A DNA stretch of 64,000 nucleotides from an uncultured Alphaproteobacteria bacterium (GCA_963704595.1 OY969922.1:3754660-3818659), one strand, 5' to 3'; shown: positions 22,213 to 32,738, counted from the first letter of the stretch. Notes: generated from the letters alone by a model not told the origin. A program made the numbers and translations.

Positions 22213-23058
22213 ATGAACGGCCCCAACGCCGCCGTCCGCCTCGGCAACGTCACCTTCTCCAACACCGGCCCGCTGACGCTGATCGCAGGCCCCTGCCAGA
22301 TGGAAAGCCGCGACCATGCGTTCGACATGGCCGGCGCCCTCACCGAGCTTGCCGCCGACCTCGGCATCGGCTTCGTCTACAAGTCGAGCTTCGACAAGGC
22401 CAACCGCACCTCCCTTTCCGGCAAGCGCGGCATGGGCCTCGAAAAGGCGCTCCCGGTGTTCGCCGACGTGCGCGAGGAGTTCGGTGTCCCGGTCCTGACA
22501 GATATCCACACCGCCGAGCAGTGCGAGGTGGTCGCCGAAGTCTGCGACATCCTGCAGATCCCGGCCTTCCTCTGCCGCCAGACCGACCTTCTGATCGCCG
22601 CCGCGAAGACCGGCCGCGTCATCAACGTGAAGAAGGGCCAGTTCCTGGCGCCGTGGGACATGCAGAACGTCCTCACCAAGATCACCGAGAGCGGCAATTC
22701 CAACGTGCTCCTCACCGAGCGGGGCGCCTCGTTCGGCTACAACACGCTGGTGTCCGACATGCGGGCGCTGCCGATCATGGCCGCGATGGGCGCACCCGTG
22801 GTGTTCGACGCGACGCATTCGGTGCAGCAGCCGGGCGGGCTCGGCGGCTCCTCCGGCGGCGACCGGCGCTTCGTGCCGCCGCTGGCGCGCGCCGCGGTCG
22901 CGGTCGGCGTCGCCGCGGTGTTCGTCGAGACCCACCAGGACCCGGACAACGCCCCCTCCGACGGCCCCAACATGGTCCCGCTGGGGGAAATGCGCCCGCT
23001 TCTCGAAACGCTGATGGCCCTCGACGGCATCGCCAAGGGCGCCGGCGCCGCAGGGTGA
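22213..23058 (+). CDS. kdsA: 3-deoxy-8-phosphooctulonate synthase
   Basis: 281 aa; canonical KdsA ([15 protein letters not shown] ... ); 3 nt after kdsD. Confidence 0.93.
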   Translation: MNGPNAAVRLGNVTFSNTGPLTLIAGPCQMESRDHAFDMAGALTELAADLGIGFVYKSSFDKANRTSLSGKRGMGLEKALPVFADVREEFGVPVLTDIHTAEQCEVVAEVCDILQIPAFLCRQTDLLIAAAKTGRVINVKKGQFLAPWDMQNVLTKITESGNSNVLLTERGASFGYNTLVSDMRALPIMAAMGAPVVFDATHSVQQPGGLGGSSGGDRRFVPPLARAAVAVGVAAVFVETHQDPDNAPSDGPNMVPLGEMRPLLETLMALDGIAKGAGAAG

Positions 23059-23160
23059 ACCGCAACAAGGGTTGAGCGGCGCGCGACTTGCAGAAACAAT
23101 GCGCGCGACCGATCCTCCTCCGCGCGGGGACGGTCCCCACGCGAGCGAGGCGCCAGCCCG

Positions 23161-24549
23161 ATGAACCTTGAGGCCCTGAAGTCCGATCTTGCCGGCATCG
23201 CGCTGGAAGACAACCCGCGCCTCGTTCAGCAGAAGAGCCGGGACTTCTACTGGTACTCCCCGGTCCTCAAGCGCCAGCTCGAACACATCACCGCAGACCT
23301 GGTGGCCGCTCCCGCCGACGAGGACGAACTCCTCCTCATCCTCGGCGCGTGTTTTCGCAACAACGTCCCCGTCACCGTGCGCGGCGCCGGGACGGGCAAT
23401 TACGGGCAGGCGATGCCGCTCGCGGGCGGGCTGATCCTCGACCTCTCGCGCATGAACAGGGTGCGGCGGATCGGCCAGGGCTTCGTCGTCGCCGAACCCG
23501 GTGCCATCCTCGCCGACATCGACAGGGAGACGCGCCCGAGCGGACAGGAGCTGCGCCTGTCGCCCTCCACCTATCACACAGCCTCGATCGGCGGCTTCAT
23601 CGCCGGCGGCTCGGGCGGCGTCGGCTCGATCCGCTGGGGCGGCCTGCGCGACGCGGGCAACATCATCCGGGTGCGCCTCGCAGCGATGGACGGGTCGGCC
23701 CCGTCGGTGATCGACCTCACCGGCGCGGAGCTTGCCAAGGCGAGCCACGCCTACGGTACCACCGGCGTGATCACCGAGGTCGAGATGCCCCTCGCGCCCG
23801 CCTACGACTGGGTGGACATGCTGGCCTCCTTCCCCACCCTCGCCGGCGCGATCGACTGTGCCGAGCGTCTCGCCGGCGCCGACGGGCTCCTCCTGAAGAA
23901 CGTCTCGGTGGTCGACAGGTGGGTGACGCCGTACTTCCGCCGCCACGCCAGGTATCTGCGCGACGGCGAGGCGCTGCTGATGGTGATGGCCGCGCCTTTC
24001 GCGGCCGGCGACGTCGCGGGCATCGCACACCGCGCCGGCGGCACGCTCACCATGCGCTCGGACGCGCTGTCCGAGGAGGAACGCCGCGGCCTCCCCGCCG
24101 CGTTCGAGCTCGGCTGGAACCACACGACGCTGCGCGCCCTCCGGGTCGATCCGGCGATCACCTACCTCCAGGTGCTCTACCCCCAGCCCGGCATCGGCCC
24201 GAAGGTGCTCCGGCTCGCCGAGCGCTTCGGCGAGGAGCTGCCGACCCACCTCGAGTTCGTCCGCTTCGACGGTGCGGTCGGCTGCTTCGGCCTGCCGCTG
24301 GTGCGCTACACCACCGAGGAGCGTCTCGACGAGATCGTCAGGATCCACGAGGACGAGGGTTGCCCGATCTTCAACCCGCACCGCTACACGCTGGAGGAAG
24401 GCGGGATGAAGCAGACCGACGAGGTGCAGCTCTCGTTCAAGCGCCGGGCCGACCCCAAGGGCCTCCTCAACCCCGGCAAGATGGTCGCGTGGGACGACCC
24501 GTCCTACGACTACGGCAAGCCCTACCTCTTCCCGACCCTACAGGCCTGA
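23161..24549 (+). CDS. FAD-binding oxidoreductase (FAD_binding_4 / FAD-linked oxidase family)
   Basis: 462 aa; PCMH-type FAD-binding domain (VTVRGAGTGNYGQA). Confidence 0.75.
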   Translation: MNLEALKSDLAGIALEDNPRLVQQKSRDFYWYSPVLKRQLEHITADLVAAPADEDELLLILGACFRNNVPVTVRGAGTGNYGQAMPLAGGLILDLSRMNRVRRIGQGFVVAEPGAILADIDRETRPSGQELRLSPSTYHTASIGGFIAGGSGGVGSIRWGGLRDAGNIIRVRLAAMDGSAPSVIDLTGAELAKASHAYGTTGVITEVEMPLAPAYDWVDMLASFPTLAGAIDCAERLAGADGLLLKNVSVVDRWVTPYFRRHARYLRDGEALLMVMAAPFAAGDVAGIAHRAGGTLTMRSDALSEEERRGLPAAFELGWNHTTLRALRVDPAITYLQVLYPQPGIGPKVLRLAERFGEELPTHLEFVRFDGAVGCFGLPLVRYTTEERLDEIVRIHEDEGCPIFNPHRYTLEEGGMKQTDEVQLSFKRRADPKGLLNPGKMVAWDDPSYDYGKPYLFPTLQA

Positions 24550-25136
24550 TGAAAGCACTCGTCGTCTACTGCCACCCGAACCCGGAGAGCTTTACGGCCC
24601 ATCTCCGGGACCGCGTGCTGGCCTCTCTCACGGCGCGTGGCGCCGAAATCCGCGTGCGTGACCTCTACGGCGAGGGCTTCGACCCTGTGATGGACCGTGC
24701 CGAGCGCGAGGGCTACCACACCCCCGGCGACAACGAGCGCCCGGTCGCCTCGGAGCTTGCCGACCTCAAGTGGTGCGACACGCTGATTTTCGTCTACCCG
24801 ACCTGGTGGTTCGGCCTCCCAGCCATGCTGAAAGGCTGGCTCGACCGCGTGCTCGTCCCCTACGCCACGTTCTCGATGCCCTCCGAGGACGCGCCGATCC
24901 GCGGCCAGCTCGACAACATCAGGACGCTCACGGTGGTCACCACCTGCGGCGCGCGCTGGTTCCAGTCAAAGATCATCGGCGAGCCCGGCCGCCGGACCAT
25001 CCTGCGCGGGATGCGCTTCATCTGCCATCCGCGCTGCAAAACGCGCTACGCAGCGCTCTACAGGATCGACACGTCGACGCATGAAAAGCGCACCGCCTAC
25101 GCCGATCATGTCGCGCGGCTTGTCACAAACCTCTGA
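24549..25136 (+). CDS. NAD(P)H-dependent (quinone) oxidoreductase, flavodoxin-like fold
   Basis: MKALVVYCHPNPESF ... VYPTWWFGLPAMLKGWLDRV; start overlaps the upstream stop by 1 nt. Confidence 0.8.
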   Translation: MKALVVYCHPNPESFTAHLRDRVLASLTARGAEIRVRDLYGEGFDPVMDRAEREGYHTPGDNERPVASELADLKWCDTLIFVYPTWWFGLPAMLKGWLDRVLVPYATFSMPSEDAPIRGQLDNIRTLTVVTTCGARWFQSKIIGEPGRRTILRGMRFICHPRCKTRYAALYRIDTSTHEKRTAYADHVARLVTNL

Positions 25137-25234
25137 GGGCCTTGCGGGTTTATGACCGGCGGCCTATGCAGCGAGGAGGGTTTCGACCTGCCTTCGGCAC
25201 GATCCGCGCCGCCGGGCGGGCATCCTGTGAGGTG

Positions 25235-25735
25235 CCGATGCCGTTCCAGTATTCCAAGACCACCGTCTACCGCCTGACGCAGGCCGCCAAGGCGCAGCGC
25301 GCGCGTTTCGGGGTTCACCTCGCGGCGATCGCGCTCCATCCCGGGCAGGAAGGCGTCCTCAAGGCGCTCGCCGTGCAGGACGGGATGACGATGAGCGAGC
25401 TCGCCGCCGAACTTGGTGTCCAGCCCCCCACCGTCACCAAGATGGTCACCCGCCTCGCCGCCTACGGCTTCGTGATGCGGCAGACCTCGCCGGACGACGG
25501 CCGCCTCTCCCGCGTCTATCTCACCGAGCCGGGCCGCGCCCTGATCGGCGACGTCGACAAGGTGTGCAAGCGGCTGGAGAAGGAAGCGCTCGCCGGGTTC
25601 GACGAGAAGGACCGCAAGCGCCTGCGCAAGTATCTGCGCCGGATGGAAAAGAACCTCCTCAAGGCGAGCGGCGCACCGGCGGCTGACGACATCGACGACG
25701 ACGAGGACGACAGCGCCGAAGACGTGACCGCATAA
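25235..25735 (+). CDS. MarR family transcriptional regulator
   Basis: Winged helix-turn-helix region (MSELAAELGVQPPTVTKMVTRLAAYGFVMR). Start taken at MPFQYSK. Confidence 0.8.
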   Translation, partial: PMPFQYSKTTVYRLTQAAKAQRARFGVHLAAIALHPGQEGVLKALAVQDGMTMSELAAELGVQPPTVTKMVTRLAAYGFVMRQTSPDDGRLSRVYLTEPGRALIGDVDKVCKRLEKEALAGFDEKDRKRLRKYLRRMEKNLLKASGAPAADDIDDDEDDSAEDVTA

Positions 25736-26653
25736 GTGCCGATCGCGACGCAATTCTCCGACACGGGCAATCTGCGCGCGATTCTCCTGATGCTGGGCGC
25801 GGCGGGGATGTTCTCCTGCCTCGACACAACGGCGAAGTTCCTCGGCGAGGCCGGTCTCGCACCGTTCGACGTCGTCTGGCTGCGCTACGTCACGCACATC
25901 ATCCTGCTCGGCATCTTCCTGCGGGTCTGGACGCACCGCGAGGCGTTCCGTGCGCACCGCCCGTGGATGCATGTCCTTCGCGGCCTCCACCTTCTCGCCG
26001 CGACCTTCTTCAATTTCTGGGCGCTCAAATATCTTCAGCTCGCCGAAGCGAGCGCGATCATGTTCTGCGCGCCGCTGATCGTGACCGCGCTGGCGGGGCC
26101 GATCCTGGGCGAAACTGTCGGCCTCCGCCGCTGGATCGCCGTCGGCGTCGGCTTCGCGGGTGTCCTCATCGTCACCCGGCCCGGGATGGGCGCGATGCAC
26201 TGGGCGATCATCCTGTCGTTCATCTCGGTCTTCAACTACGCGATGTATTCCCTCCTGACGCGCAAGATGAACCGGACCGAGTCCGCCGAGAGCCTCATGA
26301 TGCTGGGCGCGGTGGTCGGTGCTGCCGCGCTCTCGCCGGTCGCCTACAGTGCCGTCTCGAGCCTCACGACGCCCAGCCTTTGGGCGCTCGCCTTCATGAT
26401 GGGCTTCTTCGGCGCGGTGGGGCACTACGCTCTCGTGGTGGCGCACCGGATCGCCAACGCGTCGACGCTCGCCCCATTCATCTACACGCAGATGGTCTGG
26501 ATGATTCTGTTCGGCTTCGTCATCTTCGGCGACGTGCCGGACGCGATGACCCTCGTCGGCACGGCGATCATCGCGGCGGCCGGCCTCTACATCCTCCACC
26601 GCGAGCGGGTGCGCGGGCAGGTCATCGCCTCGCAGGAAGCGGGCGTGCAGTAG
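25736..26653 (+). CDS. DMT superfamily transporter (EamA)
   Basis: GTG start abuts the marR stop; 10-TM EamA duplication. Confidence 0.8.
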   Translation: MPIATQFSDTGNLRAILLMLGAAGMFSCLDTTAKFLGEAGLAPFDVVWLRYVTHIILLGIFLRVWTHREAFRAHRPWMHVLRGLHLLAATFFNFWALKYLQLAEASAIMFCAPLIVTALAGPILGETVGLRRWIAVGVGFAGVLIVTRPGMGAMHWAIILSFISVFNYAMYSLLTRKMNRTESAESLMMLGAVVGAAALSPVAYSAVSSLTTPSLWALAFMMGFFGAVGHYALVVAHRIANASTLAPFIYTQMVWMILFGFVIFGDVPDAMTLVGTAIIAAAGLYILHRERVRGQVIASQEAGVQ

Positions 26654-26714
26654 CGCGCGGCCTCTGGCGGCGGCCCCGCGCGTGGGGTAAACCGCCGCAC
26701 CGGAGGAGATCTTG

Positions 26715-27896
26715 ATGCTGCACACAATTTCGGGCTTCGACCGCATCGGCGAGGAAAACGCGTTCGCCGTACTGGCGCGGGCCAACGCGCTCGCCGCCAA
26801 GGGGATGGACGTCATCAACCTCGGCATCGGCCAGCCGGACTTTCCGACCCCGCCTCACATCGTCGAGGCCGCAGTAAAGGCGCTGCGCGACGGCCACCAC
26901 GGCTACACGCCCGCCCCCGGCATTCCGGCGCTGCGCGAGGCCGTGGCCGCCGACATCACGATGCGCACCGGCGTCGAGACCTCGCCCGAGAACATCCTCA
27001 TCGTGCCCGGCGGCAAGGTGACGATGTACATGGCGATCGGCATGTTCGGCGAGCCGGGCGCCGAGATCCTCTACCCCGACCCCGGCTTCCCGATCTACCG
27101 CTCGATGATCGAGTTCACCGGCGCGACGCCGGTGCCGCTGCCGATCCGCGAAGAGAACGGCTTCGCCTTCTCCCCCGCCGACGTGGAAGCGCGGATCACC
27201 GACAAGACGCGGCTCGTCATCATCAACTCCCCCGCCAACCCCACAGGCGGCGTCAGCACGCCGGACGACGTGCGCGCGCTGGCAAAGATCCTCGAGCGCT
27301 ACCCCAACGTCGCGGTGATGTCCGACGAGATCTACAGCCGGATGACCTACGACGGGCTGGAGCACCTGTCGCTGGGCTCCTTCCCCGAACTGCGCGACCG
27401 GCTCATCCTCCTCGACGGTTTTTCCAAGACCTACGCGATGACCGGCTGGCGGCTCGGCTGGTCGCTGTGGCCGGACGCGCTGTTCGACAAGGCGCGCAAG
27501 CTCGCCGTCAACGCATGGTCCTGCGTCAACGCCCCGGCGCAGTATGCGGGCGTTGCGGCGCTGACCGGCCCGCAGGACGCGGCGGAAGCGATGGTCGAGG
27601 CGTTCGACGAGCGGCGGCAGGCGGTGACGGCTGCGCTGAACGCGCTGCCGGGTGTGACCTGCGCGGTGCCGAAGGGCGCGTTCTACGCCTTCCCCAATAT
27701 CAGCGCGACGGGCTGGAAGGCGAAGCCGCTGGCCGACGCGCTGCTGGCGTCGACCGGCGTCGCCCTCATCGGCGGACCGGACTTCGGCACGCTCGGCGAA
27801 GGCTACGTCCGCCTCTCCTACGCCGCCGCCAAGGACCGCATCCTCGAAGGCGTCACGCGGATGGGCAATTTCCTGGCGGACAACCCGCCGAAATGA
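26715..27896 (+). CDS. Pyridoxal-phosphate-dependent aminotransferase (class I, aspartate-aminotransferase-like)
   Basis: GGAGG ribosome-binding site; PLP lysine motif SFSKTYAMTGWRLG. Confidence 0.88.
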   Translation: MLHTISGFDRIGEENAFAVLARANALAAKGMDVINLGIGQPDFPTPPHIVEAAVKALRDGHHGYTPAPGIPALREAVAADITMRTGVETSPENILIVPGGKVTMYMAIGMFGEPGAEILYPDPGFPIYRSMIEFTGATPVPLPIREENGFAFSPADVEARITDKTRLVIINSPANPTGGVSTPDDVRALAKILERYPNVAVMSDEIYSRMTYDGLEHLSLGSFPELRDRLILLDGFSKTYAMTGWRLGWSLWPDALFDKARKLAVNAWSCVNAPAQYAGVAALTGPQDAAEAMVEAFDERRQAVTAALNALPGVTCAVPKGAFYAFPNISATGWKAKPLADALLASTGVALIGGPDFGTLGEGYVRLSYAAAKDRILEGVTRMGNFLADNPPK

Positions 27897-28045
27897 CGCT
27901 CGGAGGCCAGCCCGCGCGGCCGGCCTCCGCCGCAGCCGCATGACCGGCCCGAGCGCAACTTCCTGGCGGACAACCCGCCGAAATCACGCTCTGAAGCCAG
28001 CCCGCGCGGCTGGCCTCCGTCGCGGCCGCATGGCCGGTCCCAGCT
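27865..28045 (+). repeat. ~90-bp tandem duplication of the aminotransferase 3' end plus its terminator hairpin (copy A 27865..27954, copy B 27955..~28045)
   Basis: Direct reading: gcaa(t/c)ttcctggcggacaacccgccgaaat(g/c)acgct...agcccgcgcgg...cctcc...gcatg(a/g)ccgg occurs twice, with the hairpin ggaggcc-N13-ggcctcc at 27902..27928. Confidence 0.85.
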
Positions 28046-28368
28046 TCGGCGGGGCCTTGTTGCACGCCGCCCGCGCTATGCCGACGGTAATGGCCGCCGG
28101 CCGTCTCTCCAAAAGAATTGCTGGGGTTGGTTGGTCATAAGTCCCCCGCCGCAGTATCGAGTCACGCTGTTGAGGGCTGCAAAGCGTGCAACGCCCCCGC
28201 CCCGCGCTCCTGAGCTGATGCAGCGCAAAGGCGGCGACGTTGCGGAAAGTGAACCTTCGCACCGAGCTGGACGCTTAGATCCGGATTGGGCGCTTTTCAC
28301 GGACGGCAGGCGGGCAAGCCGCACCATTTCGTGCGCCGCTTCACCCGTCGGGCGGCCGGCGCAGCGGC

Positions 28369-28815
28369 TCAGCCGATGTAGGTGAGGTCGACTTCGCGCG
28401 GGCGGCCGTGGGCGCGGTGTTCGACGAGGTAGATGCCCTGCCATGTGCCGAGGCGCATCGACCCGTTGGCGCAGGGGATCGCAAGGCTCACGTCGCACAG
28501 CATCGACTTGATGTGGCCCGGCATGTCGTCGGCCCCCTCGTCGTTGTGGCGGTAGCCGGCGTTCGGCGGCGCAAGCTTGACGAGGCTGTCGACAAGGTCG
28601 GCCTGAACGTCGTCGTCGGCATTTTCCTGGATGACCAGCGAGGCCGTGGTGTGCCGGACGAAGAGGGTGACTAGGCCCGCAGAGGCACCGATTTCGCGCA
28701 GCCAGCCGCTGACCTCGCGCGTGATGTCGGCGAAGCCCGGGCCGCGGGTCGGGACCGCGAGCCGGCCGCTGACGACGCGGCTGACCGCGCCGTCCGACAG
28801 CGTCTCGACGGGCAT
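28369..28815 (-). CDS. yjbQ: YjbQ family protein (UPF0047, secondary thiamine-phosphate synthase-like)
   Basis: 148 aa; family-level similarity across the whole length. Confidence 0.8.
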   Translation of the reverse strand: MPVETLSDGAVSRVVSGRLAVPTRGPGFADITREVSGWLREIGASAGLVTLFVRHTTASLVIQENADDDVQADLVDSLVKLAPPNAGYRHNDEGADDMPGHIKSMLCDVSLAIPCANGSMRLGTWQGIYLVEHRAHGRPREVDLTYIG

Positions 28816-28855
28816 CAGACTGCGTCCCGCAAGACGCGCGGATTCGGGGCCGCCG

Positions 28856-29448
28856 TCATCGACTGGCCTCCTCGTCGTCGCTCAGGGATTTGACGAGGTC
28901 GCGGAAGCGGCGGAAGGCGTAGTCCGTGACGTCGATGGCTTCCTCGATGTCGCGGCGGGTGCCGGCCCAGTCACGCTCGCCGCCCCGCGTCGCTGCGCCG
29001 AGTTCATCGGCGGATGCGGCCTCGACGTCCTCGAGCAGCGCCTTCACCATCGCAAGACGCTCCTTCAGCGCCTCGTTCTCCGCCTTCAGCGCGCGGTTTT
29101 CGGCGAGGAGCTCGCCGGATGCGGGAAATTCCGTGTCGTCCGCGGAGCGATTGCCGATCACCACGGTCCGGCAGGCGAACATCGGCTGGGACTCTGCGCA
29201 GAGCCGGACCTCGCCGGTCTCGCGGTCGAGGCGGAGGAGGTCGTCGCCCACGCGCTCGATCTGGTAGCGCGCATCGTCTGCTTCCCGCTCGCGGGTGTCG
29301 AAGCGGTCCCGGGCGTCCTGCGGGGCGGGGGCTGCGCGCAGGCCGGAGTCAGGCCGTCGTCTGCGCGGCTGGCGGGGTATGCGGCGCCGGCACAGAGCGC
29401 TGCCGCCACGGCGAGCGCGGCGAAGTGCTTGGTCATGATGTCCTCCAC
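28856..29448 (-). CDS. Hypothetical periplasmic protein with a C-terminal coiled coil, 1-nt frame shift near 29334 (CCCCC run)
   Basis: Signal peptide MTKHFAALAVAAALCAGAAYPA in ORF 29158..29448; the mature part continues in ORF 28856..29251 (LLAENRALKAENEALKERLAM). Confidence 0.55.
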
Positions 29449-29500
29449 GTCTTTGGGGACTGAACGGCCCGCAGGACGATCGGGTTCGACCGGCCGCCGA

Positions 29501-30985
29501 TCAGTCTTCCAGCCGCAGGGCGGTGAAGCGGAGGTCGCCCTCGTTGCTGGACAGCGTGAGGAGCGCGGTCTTGCGGCCGTCCTCCTTGAGCTTGGCGATC
29601 CGCTCCTGGACCTCCTGCGGGGTGCTGACTTCGCGCTGGCCGACCTCGAGGATCACGTCCCCCGGGACGATGCGCTTCTCGGCGGCGCTGCCGTCCGCCT
29701 CGACGGCGGTGACGACGACGCCCTCGATCTCCGGGTCGATCTCGAACGTGCTGCGCTGCCCTTCCGACATCGCCTTCAGCTCCATGCCGAGGATCGTGAT
29801 GCCCTCCTCGGTGTCGGCGGCGGGCACATCGGCTTCGTCTTCCTCGGTGGCGACCGCAGCGCGGGCCTCGCTCTCCTCGAGCTGGCCGACGTCGACCGCG
29901 AGCTCGACGGGCTTGCCCTCGCGCAGGACCGTGACCGCGACGCGCTTGCCGATGGCGGTGCCGGCGACGATCCGCGGCAGTTCGCGCATCGATTCCACTT
30001 CCTTGCCGTCGAACAGGGTGACGACGTCGCCGGCCTGGATGCCGCCGGACGCGGCCGGGCCGTCTTCCTCGACGCCGGCGATCAGCGCACCGGTGGGCTT
30101 CTCCATGCCGAGATTCTCGGCAATGTCGTCGCTCACCTCCTGGATGCGGACGCCGAGCCAGCCGCGCCGCGTCTCGCCATATTCCAGAAGCTGCGTGATG
30201 ACGGAGGTCGCGATCTCGGACGGGATCGCGAAGCCGATGCCGATCGACCCGCCGCTCGGCGAGATGATGGCGGTGTTGATGCCGACGACGTTGCCGTCCA
30301 TGTCGAACAGCGGGCCGCCGGAGTTGCCGCGGTTGATCGCGGCATCGGTCTGCAGGAAGTCGTCGTAGGGGCCGCTCTGCAGGTTGCGGTTGCGGGCGGA
30401 GATGATGCCGACCGTCACCGTGCCGCCGAGGCCGAACGGATTGCCGATGGCCATCACCCAGTCGCCGACGCGAAGGTCGTCGGACGCGGCGAAGTCGAGC
30501 GGTTTCAGCGGCGCGTCGGGGGTGACGCGCAGGACCGCGAGGTCGGTCTTCGGGTCGCGGCCGACGATCTCGGCCTCGAGCTTGCGGCCGTCGGCGAAGT
30601 TCACGATGACCTCGTCGGCGTCCTTGATGACGTGGTTGTTGGTGATGACCACGCCGTCTGCCGAGATGATGAAGCCGGAGCCCAGCGACTGGACGCGGCG
30701 CGGATCGGGCGCGCCGTCCTCACTGTCGAAGAACTCGTCGAAGAATTCCTGGAAGGGGGTGTCTTCGCTCTCGCCTTCCTCGTCGGTGCTGGGGGCGGCC
30801 GGTCGGCGGCCCTCCACGCGCTGCGAGGTGGAGATGTTGACCACCGAGTCGAGCAGGCCTTCCGCAAGGTCGGCGACCGAGCGCGGGCCCACTTCCTGGG
30901 CGAGGACAGGGGCCGGTACGGCGGCCGACAGGATCAACAGGCCGGTTGCCGCTGCAGCCGCCATGCTTCTCATCGTTCTCGTCAT
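29501..30985 (-). CDS. degP: Do/DegP/DegQ family periplasmic serine endoprotease (trypsin domain + 2 PDZ)
   Basis: Catalytic triad context (NNHVI, D, GNSGGPL); two PDZ domains; signal peptide from MTRTMRS. Confidence 0.92.
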   Translation of the reverse strand: MTRTMRSMAAAAATGLLILSAAVPAPVLAQEVGPRSVADLAEGLLDSVVNISTSQRVEGRRPAAPSTDEEGESEDTPFQEFFDEFFDSEDGAPDPRRVQSLGSGFIISADGVVITNNHVIKDADEVIVNFADGRKLEAEIVGRDPKTDLAVLRVTPDAPLKPLDFAASDDLRVGDWVMAIGNPFGLGGTVTVGIISARNRNLQSGPYDDFLQTDAAINRGNSGGPLFDMDGNVVGINTAIISPSGGSIGIGFAIPSEIATSVITQLLEYGETRRGWLGVRIQEVSDDIAENLGMEKPTGALIAGVEEDGPAASGGIQAGDVVTLFDGKEVESMRELPRIVAGTAIGKRVAVTVLREGKPVELAVDVGQLEESEARAAVATEEDEADVPAADTEEGITILGMELKAMSEGQRSTFEIDPEIEGVVVTAVEADGSAAEKRIVPGDVILEVGQREVSTPQEVQERIAKLKEDGRKTALLTLSSNEGDLRFTALRLED

Positions 30986-31080
30986 AAAACCCCCTTGCGC
31001 CGTCGGTGGCAGCATAGCCGTTATTCGGGATCTTTGCGTTAGCATCCCGTAACGTTCGTCGCCGATTTGTAAGCTTCGGG

Positions 31081-31266
31081 TCAGCTACGTGCGAGCCAGA
31101 CGATAGCAACGCCGGCGGCAAGCGCAACGACGCCGCCGACACGCATGGTGTCCGGCGGCGTCTCAAGCATCCGCTCCATCAGGCCGTGCATGGCCTTCGG
31201 AAACAGTGCGTAAACAGTGCCTTCGACGGCGAGCACGAGGCCCGCCGCCAGGAGGAGTTCGTTCAT
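31081..31266 (-). CDS. DUF2065 small membrane protein
   Basis: 61 aa with two TM segments; conserved partner downstream of hflC; 4-nt overlap with hflC. Confidence 0.6.
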   Translation of the reverse strand: MNELLLAAGLVLAVEGTVYALFPKAMHGLMERMLETPPDTMRVGGVVALAAGVAIVWLARS

Positions 31267-32738
31267 TCCGTCCGCTGCTCGGGCCGGACGATGGTCACGT
31301 TGCCGCGCTGCGTCGCGTTGACGCCGGAGGCGCGCGCGGGCGCCGCGGTGCCTTCTGCCGCGGGGGCCGCGGCCGGGAGCTGGCCTCGGTCGCCGCGCCG
31401 TCCGCCGCCGCGCCGTTGCCGGCGTTGACGTCGTTGTTGGCGGCGCGGTTGGCTGCCGGGAGCGGAGCCGGATCGGCGCTCTCGACCGCCTCTTCGGTGC
31501 TCTCCTCGGCCGGGGTCGGCTCCCGGTAGCGTCCGCGGCGGGGTCGGCTCGGCCGGGGCCACGGTCGTCTCGGGCGCGGCAGCGCCTTCGCCGGCAGGCG
31601 CCGGCTCGTCGCCGTCGAGGTCGACGTTCAGCGCATCCTCGAGGCCCTGCTGGGCTGCGGCCTTGGCTTCCTCGACAACCGCGTCGAGGTTGGCCTGGGC
31701 TTCCGCAACGCTTTCGGCCGCGGTCGCCCTGGTGACCTCGTCGGTCGGACGCACGATCGGCGCGTTCGGGTCGGCTGCCGCCGGCAGTTCCGGCGCCGGG
31801 AGGCCTGCATCACCCGTCTGCTCGCGGGACGCGAGACCATCGGCACGCTCGCCGGTGGCACGGGCCGAACGGGAGAGCCCGGCCGGGTCGTTGAAGTAGC
31901 GGAAGAAGTCCGCGTCCGGCGACAGCACGAGGCGCGTGTCGGAGGCTGCCAGCAATTCCACGTAGGCCTGCATCGCGCGGTAGAACGCGAAGAACTGCGG
32001 GTCCTGCGTGTAGGCCTCGGCGAAGATGGCGTTCTTGCGCGCATCACCCTGACCGCGGACCTGCTCGGCTTCCCGCTGGGCTTCGGCGCGAAGCACCGTT
32101 GCCGTGCGGTCGGCGGCCGCGCGGACACGCTGCGAGGCTTCACGGCCCTGTGCGCGGATCTGCGTGGCTTCCTGCTCGCGCTCGGTCTGCATCCGCTGGA
32201 AGATGGCTTCGGAGTTGGCTTCCGGCAGGTCGGCGCGGCGGATCTTCACGTCCACCACCTCGACGCCGATGTCACGCGCACGGGTCGCCACGTCCTGCTG
32301 GATGCGCCGCATCAGCTCGGGCCGGTTGTCGCGCACGATGTCCTGGAAGGTGGCGTCGGCGAGCACCGCACGCAGCGAAGACTGCGCGAAGGTGGACAGG
32401 CGCGACGCGCCTTCGCGCACGTTGTTCACCGTCTGGTAGAAGCGCACCGGGTTGGCGATCTGGTAGCGCACGAACGCGTCCACCACGAGCCGCTTCTGGT
32501 CCGCCGCGATGATTTCCTGCGCCGGAACGTTGAGGTCGAGCAGCCGCTTGTCGAGGTACTGGACGTCCTGGACGAACGGGATCTTGGCATTGATGCCCGG
32601 ATCGCGGACGGCCTGACGGACTTCACCGAACTGCAGGACGAGCGCCTGCTGGGTCGGGTTGACGATGAAGAAGGAGTTGAGGGCGGCGACCACTGCGGCC
32701 GCCAGGATCACGAGAAAGGCGATGAGGCCGACGCGCAT
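31263..32738 (-). CDS. hflC: Protease modulator HflC (SPFH/band-7) with a long low-complexity C-terminal extension (possibly frame-shifted near the end)
   Basis: N-terminal ~300 aa is canonical HflC; residues >300 are Ala/Pro/Glu-rich, and the last ~60 aa look like GC noise. Confidence 0.85.
   Translation of the reverse strand: MRVGLIAFLVILAAAVVAALNSFFIVNPTQQALVLQFGEVRQAVRDPGINAKIPFVQDVQYLDKRLLDLNVPAQEIIAADQKRLVVDAFVRYQIANPVRFYQTVNNVREGASRLSTFAQSSLRAVLADATFQDIVRDNRPELMRRIQQDVATRARDIGVEVVDVKIRRADLPEANSEAIFQRMQTEREQEATQIRAQGREASQRVRAAADRTATVLRAEAQREAEQVRGQGDARKNAIFAEAYTQDPQFFAFYRAMQAYVELLAASDTRLVLSPDADFFRYFNDPAGLSRSARATGERADGLASREQTGDAGLPAPELPAAADPNAPIVRPTDEVTRATAAESVAEAQANLDAVVEEAKAAAQQGLEDALNVDLDGDEPAPAGEGAAAPETTVAPAEPTPPRTLPGADPGRGEHRRGGRERRSGSAPGSQPRRQQRRQRRQRRGGGRRGDRGQLPAAAPAAEGTAAPARASGVNATQRGNVTIVRPEQRTE

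Noticed and set aside
28054-28200. Inverted repeat gttgcacgc ... gcgtgcaac (~130 bp apart) suggesting a MITE
   Set aside because: Arms are only 9 bp, there are no target-site duplications and no other copies are visible in the window. It more likely lies in the yjbQ promoter region by chance.
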